The notes under the pieces were generated by a model that made no database searches, was not told where the DNA came from, and saw only the letters and a list, made by a program, of their open reading frames with translations. A stretch of 41,095 bases of DNA from Klebsormidium nitens (lineage: Eukaryota > Plantae > Klebsormidiophyceae), in NCBI GenBank assembly GCA_000708835.1, contig DF237667.1, positions 1 to 41,095 on the forward strand. The letters run 5' to 3'. The translations under genes and the position numbers were made by a program. Positions within the stretch are counted from its first letter, which is position 1. Each line of letters starts with the position of its first letter. Positions 24,801 to 34,859 of the stretch are shown one piece after another.

Positions 24801-25865
24801 TCTAGCTTTGGGGATTGTTTTGCGCACGTGCTGAGGGACAAATCCAGTCGCAGCCGGCACGTCTAAGAGGTTGAACTTGTCTTCTTTAACCGAGATTTAA
24901 AGGAGATTGGCACGAAGCCCGCTTCCCATGCCAATCAAGCTAGTGAAGAGATACTTGGACGGTTGGGACTTTCTAAAGGGTTAGGGTTGGTTGCAGATGC
25001 GAGCTTGTGACGCCTAGGTCAAGAGTTGGGATCCAACCGAAAAAGCATTTTCTGTACAATGAATCGAGAAGTACCCTGCTTTCGGGACTGATTCCCGCAC
25101 CTGCTGACGGCCGTGAGTTACCGTGCAGAGCTTGCACTGCTACTGCTACTTGTTGGAGCGGCTGATCAACATCTGGGCCTACCACTCAGGCCGGCGCATG
25201 CTGCACGTCAACGTCGATACGGTGAGCGCAGATGGTTCTTCTTTGCTGCAGTTTCCATGAGTGACCTCCACCTATGTTTTCATTGGTCTCCATCTCAAGG
25301 GTAGTCTGTATATTTCGAGGTTTTATGCTTGGTCTTCCTCTGGAATTCTGGATTGAGGTCCACGCTCGAAGCTGCGAATACAGCACGGCAACGCGATCCG
25401 GTGAGCGCACACGATTCTTACTTTCTTCGGTTACCCTTCCATCGACCTCAACAGTCTTTTTGTCGTTTGGCAGTTCTTCGCGGTTCTAGATTGAGCATCG
25501 ATTGTTAATATGGTTTCAGAGCGAAACACGTGGGTGTTCTGCGAATCTCAAAGTTTGTAACGCAGTGCTTCTTGCGCTCAACTAATCACGGAACTGTCTC
25601 GCTCGCTTGTGACCTGGATTTTGCGCCAGGAACGCTTCGTTCCATCAGGAGATATCTTGTAATACTGCCAAAAGTGATAGTGAAACCCGTTGTTGTAATT
25701 GTGCGCTTGCAGGGAGAGATAACGGAACAGCACCCGGTGGAGCAGCGGGACACGTGGCGCCATGTGTTCCAGGGGGAGGCGCTGTCCCGGGCGCTGAGTG
25801 CGTTCGAAAGTGAACTACGGCGGCGGAGCGAAGCGTCCGTGCTGTGGAGTCGTCTAAGTCGATAG
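18828..25865 (+). CDS. Type II membrane DUF4422 (GT111)-like putative glycosyltransferase, about 390 aa
   Basis: Exons 18828-18986, 19933-20064, 20759-20944, 21661-21827, 23413-23574, 24380-24500, 25129-25221, 25713-25865. Phases are fully consistent (0,0,0,2,2,0,0) and intron 3 has a GC donor. TM WIALCVAAGLACSIFLLSG. NLLCEFTG..WIGF, SYFVMRSAALQEYAQLVKAFF and CYLLERLINIW resemble the DUF4422 motifs N-x-YCELT..YIG, NMFIMK..F.EY and GYL.ERL. The gene structure is strong; the family call is moderate. Confidence 0.8.
20925..21445 (+). repeat. Tandem decayed copies of exon-3 end plus GC donor in glycosyltransferase intron 3
   Basis: An AAGCCACAGAGAAGCAG|GCAAG-like word occurs at about 20928 (true), 21088, 21265 and 21416. 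Confidence 0.7.
22480..23460 (+). repeat. Seven-copy tandem array of about 140 bp whose last unit carries the functional acceptor of exon 5
   Basis: A core ACGAGCGC-like word occurs at 22575, 22716, 22853, 22995, 23137, 23278 and 23421 (spacing about 137-143). CATGCACCG recurs at about 22531, 22943, 23086 and 23371. Confidence 0.85.
23495..23990 (+). repeat. Tandem copies of exon-5 3' half plus donor in glycosyltransferase intron 5
   Basis: GCTCGTCAA|GTGAGT occurs intact at 23566, 23713 and 23851. GGCGGCAGCTTC...ATGAGCTA-like sequence occurs at 23501, 23653, 23789 and 23936. Confidence 0.9.
24070..24430 (+). repeat. Degenerate telomere-like (CCCTRAA) tract with a duplicated acceptor plus exon-6 start
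   Basis: Many CCCTAAA/CCCTGAA/CCCAAA words. TCCGCGCGCAG|G..CTGGACCG..CGCGCACCGC occurs with AG at 24224-25 (copy) and 24378-79 (true). Confidence 0.75.
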
Positions 25866-27309
25866 AAGTTTACATATCACTGCGTGTACAATAATTGTCG
25901 CCCACGTGCATTGCGCTTGATAATCGCGCTCGGGTTGTTATTTACTGAGGTGTTAAGCTGTCATGATTTCGCATGGCTGCAAGGTTTTCTAGGTTGAGAA
26001 TGCGGCGGTAATACCGATACCTATAGTGCCTAAAGAGTTGTACCTAGATTGTGTTTCCACATGTCGGCAGTCATCCCCTGACCGACCACGAGCATTGAAG
26101 GAGCACCGGCGATTGTTCATTGCAGAAGCTTACTAGTGAGGTCAAACTGTGCCCGCTGGTCAACTTTGAGCGAGGCAAACTTCTCCGCAGAGGGAGCCCC
26201 GAAATGTACAGCAGACTGCAAGGAGTTGTTACTAACATCTTACGACTTGGCAGTGACCACAGCCGGCTCATTAGTTGTGGACATGTCCCGGTCAACTTTT
26301 TGGCAATTTGCGTACTATTTCTTCTCAAATGATTGCATGTACCATGGGCCGTGCACGTTGATACCGAGCATGCAGCGCAAACGCATCCTGGTGTCAGTGC
26401 GGTTGTAGCGTGCCATACTCTACAGCTGATCCTCCATTAATTGAAGCTAGAATCCTTGTACGTGACCTGTATGCTCGATCAATTGGAGGTAGCATACCGT
26501 ACGCCGCAATTGCCGAGCCTGGCTCGAGTCCTCAGCCATGGTCTGCATGGCGTTGACGGTCCACACATGCTCCATGCAAACGCGTGCGCAACTGCTGACT
26601 ATAGCTCGGCATGCCGTACCGACGAACTTTGTCTGCTTGTTGAATTTTCGATGATGTGCCATGGGATCAAGAATGACAGGCCGGCATTGATAGGGATGCC
26701 AGTTGCAAGACGCTCAAGCCTACCGGCACACTCGGATGCACTACGCCACTCCATCTACATCCTGTCATTGGAGTCATCAACCAAGCCGCTGAGGGGGCAG
26801 CCGCAGAATAAACTTGAAAGCACTCAGTTGCAACGTCTGACGGCCTACCAGGCGCTGAATATATGCCGCCGCTGTAGATGCAGGCTCGACTCAATCTCCA
26901 AGCGCATGACGTGGGATCTCGAACAAAGCACAGCAATGCAAGGTTGGCTCTGAGCTGTCCATCAGCTGGGTCGCGCCTAAGCTAGTGCGAAATTGGCCCG
27001 CTTTCAATACCCGTATCCAGATTTAATTGAAGCACGTGGAGATCCTAGACCTGATCATCCCTATTATTGGAGGCAACTTTGACATCCCCGCGTACGAAGC
27101 ATTGCTGTCACTGCGGCCTTTAAGTGCAAACTTTGACGACTTGAAGGTGCTACCGCTGTGCCAAATGACCACTTGATGACTAAATTCCTTCTTTATTCAC
27201 AAATTTCCTGATTTATTACACGATCTTGACTACCGTACGTTCCAACTGTTGCTTGAACCTACCTCGCCAATCGGATAATTGGGCGACTATCTTTGAAGAC
27301 ACGACTGCT

Positions 27310-30300
27310 TCAACGCTCATTAGTTGCGCATGAGATGGAGATTGCCCCCAATCGTTTCTTGTTTGCCAAGTGGCATCCAGCTGGGAGAGACCCCGAGCCA
27401 GGTTTCTCCATATTAACCGAAGGCACATGTTTCAATAAGCGACGATTCATAGCAAGACCTGAAAAAGTCCCACTTTGAAGGTCCGATGCATTTGTGTAAG
27501 CCTGCACGGGCAGAAGAATTGGTTAGGCCGCCTTCTCAACTTCAGAACCGTGCTCGCTTGCGGACAGACATGTCAACGAATAGCGTGCCTCTCACCAACA
27601 TCCGTTACGAAAAAGGATTCTTCAAGTTTCTTTTAAGAATAAGCTGAGTAACCACTATTCAAGGTGAGAAGGCTGGTGAGTAGTGCATTCCTTTGAGACT
27701 TAAAAGGCTTCGCATTCTCTCACCAACTCAAGTCACCCACCCTTTTTCAGGATCAATGGACTTGGTTGCGATGATTGGAAAGTCAACAACCTAAGCGGAA
27801 GCCACATCACCTCTCTGGATGAACACCTAAACTTGGTCCCAAATCTCCGCGTTTCCAAGCTTCGAGGGTGACTCACTTTTCCAAAACGGCTGAAGCTGCA
27901 TCCTGTTGCGGTTAATTCTGAAATCTCGTACTCATCAGTACCCTCCACATACTCTCGGTGTCGGAAGCCCTCTAGAGTCCCCATCGCTAGGCGCTCTTTG
28001 ATTGCCCCAGGGGCATACATTTGGCCCAGAAACTGCGATAAGAAAGAGATGGGATCACTGAACTCGAAAGGCAGAGCAAGGAGTTCACAAGTTCATTGTC
28101 ATTCCAAGCACCAAGGAGAGCGAACATGGCTTCGTCATATAGTGGAACGGACCAGCGTAGGCTCTGTTTATCTTGCTTCGAGTCGAGAAGATCTTTCAGC
28201 GATACAGCGAATCGGCTGCGTATAGCCTTCAGTTGCACCTCCTCCACCTGCTCTGCTCAGCTAGGCATCACCCAAACTTGAAAAGTTAGTGAGTTTCAAC
28301 TTGATTCGTGCACGGGCTGTTCCGATCGAGCTGCATTTGGATATTGCGCGAGCATTCTTTGAGCGGTGCCTTTCGTTTTCAGCAGGCTTTGAAAGCGTAT
28401 TTGCAAAAGAACGTCGTGATCTGACGTTGCAAGGAGCAAGTCCGCCAAGATCCTCTTTAGCCAACAAGGCTTAGGATGTAAAATATTCTTGTCGACCTCT
28501 TATCAGAGGGGAAGCAGAACCTGTGGCTAGGGGCAAGATCTTGACGTCAAGTGGCCCACCTCGACCACGAATTCCAGCTCTACAAGGGGCAAGTAACCTC
28601 AACCATGGTGGAAACGAAGCCCTTTTGGAGAAACTTCGATGCATCCTAAGGATTCCAATTTTGCGTCACAAAGCTTCGCTCCGGAATAGCCCAATCATGC
28701 TGCCCACTTTCCAGTCGCATGTGCTTTCGTTTGGACGTTTGGGAGCCTCCTTTCCGTTCTATTCTCCCTTCCTTCTTTCTCCGCTTCAACTCACCCCGTG
28801 AACAGCAGGCGTTGTGGCAATGTTCTTGAGCTGGAAGTTGACGAAGTAGATGGGCAGGTCAACAATAATCTCCTGCTCAGTTTCCGCGCTGATGTCCATG
28901 CTCAAAACCCCCTTGATGTCGACACTCAAAATGCTGGCGTGATCGGGTGAACATGCCAACGCCACACCGCCGTCCTGACTGGTCCACTTGGCACCTTCCT
29001 GCGATACCTGGCAAATACCAAGCTGTGCATTTTCATCTGGAAAAACTTGGCACTTTCTAGGATCTGGCCCTGACGATGTGCATGTTCCAGAACCCAGGTA
29101 CGATTACACAAACACTAGAACTTTTGCAGAAAAGCCGCAAGGCAAGCCTGGTTTCCACTTTTGTGGCAATAATCAAGCCGTGAGTGGGCCAACACTTAGT
29201 AGGCGCGAAGGCTTGCAGATTCAAAGAGCATTGTCCTGACTACTGCACAAGGGAAATCGACAATGTCCTAGACCCCTTGCTAACCCAAACCAATCCGAGT
29301 CCCAACCTCCCTTTTCCAACCTCACCCCTGGTTGCTTTTCACCATGTCTCATGCCAGCCTCTCTCAAACTTCATTTGATGTCGTTGGTTGACCTAGGCCA
29401 GCACGTCAAACCCTGAGGTCTATCAAACGAGGCAGGCATGACGTCTGAAACTCTGAAAGCTGCTCACCATAGCTTCGGTCAGGTCTTCCTTGTTGTACGC
29501 CACACGAAAAGGGAAAGCTCCGTTGCGTGCCTTGTTGTGGTCCAGCTCAATTGTGAGATTGTCCCGAGCCCCATTCTTGTTAGCGTGTATAAACCCAATG
29601 GCGTCCATCCAGGTACCAACGAAACAGTCGTCTCCAAGGTCTGCCTTGCGCTCGATGACCTTGGATGCTTGTGAGATTCCAAACATGCGCACATTCAACT
29701 GCAAGAGTGCGAAAAACTGCTTAGTGTTAACCTACAAGAAAGTAAGGGCTCGCTGGAAACTTGTGGGGGAATTACATCTGCGCTTTTGAGCACCCGCCTT
29801 GGGGATAGCAAGCTAGTCTTCCCAAAGGAGAAGAAATGTGGGAGGGCCAATTGAGTGCCTCGTTATCGGCCAACTTCCAAAGGCAGTAGGCCCATTGCGG
29901 TGCCTTTCTAGAATCAAGAAAGCGGTCCAATGTACGTCACCTAGGCTCTGAATTTTGGAACCAACCTACTCAATCAAGAAGAGGGAAAACTTTGTGGCCC
30001 AAGCATGATAAGAAGGTACGCCAAAACAGGAAAGTTGATACATGTTTGTGAATGTGCCTGGGGTCAGGAACTCGAACTTACCTGGCCCTTCAAGAGAAGC
30101 CTTTCAAACAAGCTCCCTCGTTAAAGAATAGATGACCCCCAAGACCTGAACCTAAGCACTTTTCAGGGGTCATTGTCTGGTTGCCGCCCTGAAAGTGAGT
30201 CCAAGTAAACAGGCACTAAACCTCATATGCAAGTTCACTTCCACAGGGTTTGACACAAGCAACCTTTCTGAGGTTTATGGAGGCAAACTAACAACCAGAA

Positions 30301-31601
30301 ACTAGGACCTGAAACAACAGACAAAATTATAGAAGTAGACTGGACCAGCCTCTGGCCATCACAATGATGTACCTCTCACCTGCAAAGCGATATCTGACAC
30401 CATGCAATAAACCTTGTTTGCCAAGCCATGGAAGTCAAAAGTAAAAGCCTGGGAGGCTAGGCCTGAGGAAATCTGGACAGTATAGTGCGGGTCCAAACAG
30501 CCGGAGGACGTGCCCGGGTCTGGACAAAGGAAGAGAGAGTTAGTACAGATTATCTGCATACAAAAGCGGCCTTTGTCACTACACCTGCATTTTGCAAATG
30601 TCCAGTCACCATTCCAATACTGACGGCCAATCTCTACATCCTACAGCTCATGTATGACACGAATTCACGTCAGCAGTGCGTGTTCCATTCTGACCAAGTT
30701 TTTCTGCGGGGGCGGACACAACCAAGAAAACAATACCAGGTTTGGTAGTTACAACTGTATCTCATTCAGTTTGAAACATACTTGAAGCTCTAACGGATGA
30801 AACCCATCAATACAAATACACCCAAAAGTGACCGTCTAGGCTCCTTTTCTGCTTGCCTTTCTACATACACCTCAAGCAGCAAACAAGGGAAGTACTGCTT
30901 CCAAGCCAATCTGGTTAGGTTCAATCCACTTGTTCACCTGGTCCTCCAACCCAAAGACTACTTCCTGTAAAGTGCCTGGTCTAGCACCGGGAAATTTCTG
31001 GGTGACAAGGGGCTTAATGAACACGGTCAACTGAAGGGCCTTTCCTCAAGCTTTGATCGGGTGGGGGAAGGAAGATGTTTGTCAATCCAAAGTCAGTAAG
31101 ATCTGGCCTGCAGACTTCCTCTGCAGAAATTGAAGGTGACTCACTTAGGCAGCGGGCCCGGGCACGACCCCCCACGCCAGTAACGGAACCTGCGTCTCCA
31201 ATGCGATACAGATATGACTCCATCGCACACTCAGAGCTTGTGTAAAAATAACATTGAGTATTATAAAAAGTCCATGCATCGCATGAGGCATCCTCTTTGC
31301 AAGAACTACAGCAAGTGGCAGCGTCAAGAATGTCGTTCTTTCGCCCAAGGTTCCCAACACCTGGGCCGAAGGTTGTGACCATGTCAACCCCAGTCTAAAG
31401 CTCAGTTGTGCAGCTGGCAACTTCTGATGTTTGGCACAAATATTGATTGACGGGGTTCTCAGACACAGAGCCAGATGCCCCCCCCAAGGCCCCACAATTA
31501 TTTGTGGAACCGCAGGGCTGCCCATGAACCCCCTGCTGAAAGCAAGCTGTAAGCAGCAGCACTGCTGGGAGAAGGGCACCCAGAAGAAGTGAGGAAGCCA
31601 T
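27310..31601 (-). pseudogene. Secreted PAN/apple (PAN_4-like) domain protein with premature stops
   Basis: Signal peptide MASSLLLGALLPAVLLLTAC and Cys pattern ATCCSSCKEDASCDAWTFYNTQCYFY. Phase-consistent exons 31601-31145, 30519-30380, 29698-29468, 29007-28795, 28520-28314, 28247-28089, 28032-27877, 27501-27310?. In-frame TAG at 31397-31395 and TGA TAA at 28505-28500. The 3' end is uncertain. Confidence 0.65.
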
Positions 31602-31947
31602 TGAGGCAGGTGTGTCGATGACTGAAAGGGCGCTACCTGATCAGGCTTGTGATATAAAGCAAAGCAACCTTAATTGACCTTTTCAAATTGGATACAAGCG
31701 GGCGCCTAGCAATAGGCGGCCTAGCTGAAGGTTTCCATCCACGTCCTCTGTTGGGGTATGAAGGGTGTTCAAGCGCTTCCGACCCTGTTGAGATTTGCAG
31801 ATTCTGTCAGCGATTGGCAGATTCCTGAAAAGTAGCTTGGCAGCACTTTGCTCCACCAGCTCGCTGCTCAGGCTGCCCCCAGTTTGAGGCAGCTTTGCCA
31901 GCTCCACTGAGCTTCTAGAGGCTCATATTTCTAGATATATTTAATTA

Positions 31948-32236
31948 CCGTACTCCAATTTAATGATTCCGAATGAATAATTAATTATTCCCAATCGGAA
32001 AGTCAAAATTCAGATTTTGGGTTCGGAAAGTAATATTTCGGAAAGCATAAGATAATTTAAAGTCAAGCTCGTCCAGCCGTAAAATGCAAAATTCTGCACC
32101 AAATGACCACTTATAGGGATAGGATATGGCATTCGGAAAGTTGGTCGGAATGTGGAAAATAATAGGCCGTTTCCAGTCGGAAAGGCCAAAAATAATTAAA
32201 ATTTCGAGCATTCGGAATCATCACGTTGGAGTACGG
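31948..32236. mobile_element. 289-bp MITE, Tc1/mariner-type (TA target duplication)
   Basis: Terminal inverted repeats CCGTACTCCAAtttaATGATTCCGAATG and CATTCGGAATCATcacgTTGGAGTACGG match at 25 of 28 positions and are flanked by TA on both sides. The interior is AT-rich with repeated TCGGAA words. Confidence 0.85.
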
Positions 32237-33474
32237 TATACCGGGAGTAAAAGTTTGAAAAGTGAGGGCCCCTTGCCAAGCTCTTCGTTGCCATTGGCCT
32301 TCCTTGCACTCAAGAGGGATCTGTGGCCGCACCTAGTTTCGCTTGTGGAGGATAATTGGTGCAGCATTTGACCTGACTGGGAGTGCTTTTCAAAGTCCAC
32401 GGGAAAAGAATAGGTAGTCGCCAATCCTAGTGTGCGCTGGTGCCATCTCTCTGGAGTACCTAGCACTTCGATCCATCTTGAAGGAGCTTCTGCAATAGGT
32501 GAGAGACATCCCCCTTCCTGTCAGCTGTTCATTCACCCTCTGACCTACTTGTTGTAAAGTTGCACGCTTCACCAGAGTTCTCCCACTGACCCGTGATAGA
32601 AAACTTCTCAGACTGTTCAAATTGGTGATAGACAACTTCTCAGATTGTTCTAATTAAAGCCAATCTGATTGGTAGATTGATCGATCCAGATGAATCGATT
32701 TAGTAATTCAGATGAGTGGCCTTATCTAAATGCTTAAAGTGGCTAGGTGCGAACAGCCGTTCAGTTTTGTGAAGGTACTTTGCTTTGCTTACCTGATGTT
32801 TCACTGTGTCACAGCGCTTGCATCTCGATCCACCCTTCAGTAGAACTACTGATAAACTGTGATGCACACAGTTTGACTGACACGTTTCTTTGTGAATGGC
32901 GTTCATCTCAGCATCTGCTTTCAGTAGCTGAGACCTTCAATCCGAATTTGCGCGTCAGAGTGTTTACTTCAGTGAACCTGCATTCTACTTGTTTGTTGCT
33001 GCTTTGATTGCTGACGCTGTCCAAGCCTATGCCGGCAGCCACCTCTTCAGCTAAATCGTCCCTGCTCCATTCTGCACAGAACAGTAACTTCACCGCCACC
33101 GCTGGCTAGGATTAACAAGCATCATAAATAGAACTTTCATTACATTTATGTTGTGTTTTTCAAAAGCAGCGTGTCTCAAAGCATCCACTTCAGCTCACAT
33201 AGTTTCCAGCACTTTGAGCGCGGTCAGAGATGATCATGCTCAGCAGAAAGGACACCTGACCAGCGCAAAGACAGAGCTCCATCGCACATGGTTCCGTGTC
33301 CTGGCACATAGTGGACATGGAAGACTTGCTGATTTCGAATTGACCTGCCACCAGATCTTGGAATTGCCTCCTCAGACACCTCACTTGATGCTAAAGTGAC
33401 CTTTCTTTCTGCTAAACCTTTCAACTTTCTTTCGGATCTTTCACCTGCTGTAATCTGCTATCGTATGCAGGGCT

Positions 33475-34512
33475 ATGGCAGCAAATGAGATCAACCCAAG
33501 GCAAACATTAGGAGACCGGCCAGTTAACCTTGTGTCCCCCCCTCCAGTTCAAAAGGGTACTGTCCCAACAGATGCAGAAATCGCTGCAGAGGTGGTACAC
33601 ACGTACGCGCTCAAAAAGTTTAAGAGTAAGTATGTGTCCCTTGCTCTACTATGCCTGCTATATATGGTCAGGGTTTGCTCAGGCCAATGCAGATATCGGG
33701 AACTGCAGCAACTTATTTGTTTCAAAGTTTGTGTAGTTCCTGGTTCAAATTCAGGTTACACTCCCTTCTGCATGTAGAGTCCGTGCGCTTGCCTCAGCAA
33801 CAAATAGATCATTTGACAGCCCTCACGAGAGGTTCATCAGCTGGAGTATCCTCAAACCTGACATTACACAGATTGTTTGTGCAGGTAGCAACGGCTACGG
33901 TGTCCCAGCTGTCACAGATGACGAGCTTGCAACGGCGTGCAAGCATGAGCACCTGATCTTAGATGCCGGTACGTTACTGCCCGACTTATACATCGAAAGA
34001 GCGTGTCTGAAGGTCTTGTGGAATAAACATGTCATAGTCTCTCTCCTACGTCACTCTTGCAGATTGCAAAACAGGCCCAACTTCTTGTGGGGGAAATCCA
34101 CATAGTCCCTTTTTCTGCAGCTACTACGAAGAGTGCCGACTTTGCTCAACAGTTGGCAACCATCACGAGGCAGAACAACAGAATCATTCAGCAGAATGAT
34201 GAAAACAAGAACCTGATGAAGGCGTATGGAATCAATGCTCGTGCCATTGCCCACAATGCAAAGCAGACCGATGCGGTGCACCGGCTGAAGCCGCTAGCCA
34301 AGGAGAAGGCCGGGGGAGGTAATAGCATTGGAACAGTTGCCCCGCTGATGAGCGCTCCCGGTGGACTTTTCCCCGAGGATGTGCACGAGCTGGATAATAT
34401 GCAGGCAAATGACATCACTCGGCTTTCCACATTTTACGGTGACGATTTCGGGATCGTTGCCGGAGACACCATCCGGGATAAGGTTCACAAGTTTAGAATG
34501 TTTATTGGTTGA
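33475..34512 (+). CDS. Mug135-like protein (C-terminal Mug135_C-type domain), about 208 aa
   Basis: Exons 33475-33625, 33885-33968, 34121-34512, both introns GT-AG phase 1. The C-terminus ARAIAHNA...LKPL...LFPEDVHELDNM...LSTFYG...DTIRDKVHKFRMFIG* resembles the Mug135_C pattern. A central coiled coil is present. The family call is from recall, not a search. Confidence 0.7.
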
Positions 34513-34859
34513 GTTTGATGGTCGATGAGGTGGTGTCAAACAACAGGACTTGAGACGATAAAAACATTTCTGAACACTGATCGGCTGTACGAGCTTGGAT
34601 GGGAAGCAATTGAGATGCTTGATAGTCCTGCGCAAAGATGGTCAAATTTGTGTACTATCCTAAAAGTTTGTGGTCCTTCTCCACAAATAAAAAACTTTAG
34701 GCTACTCACTCATGACGATTTATATGATAATTGAGCAAAGTCTTTGTACATGAGAATTGCAACTAAAGTGATGAAGTTGGTGCGCAGTGTACTGCACAGT
34801 GGTCAATCAACATCATATGTACGTGGACCAACATAATTGGCATACATCATGAGTCCGGA

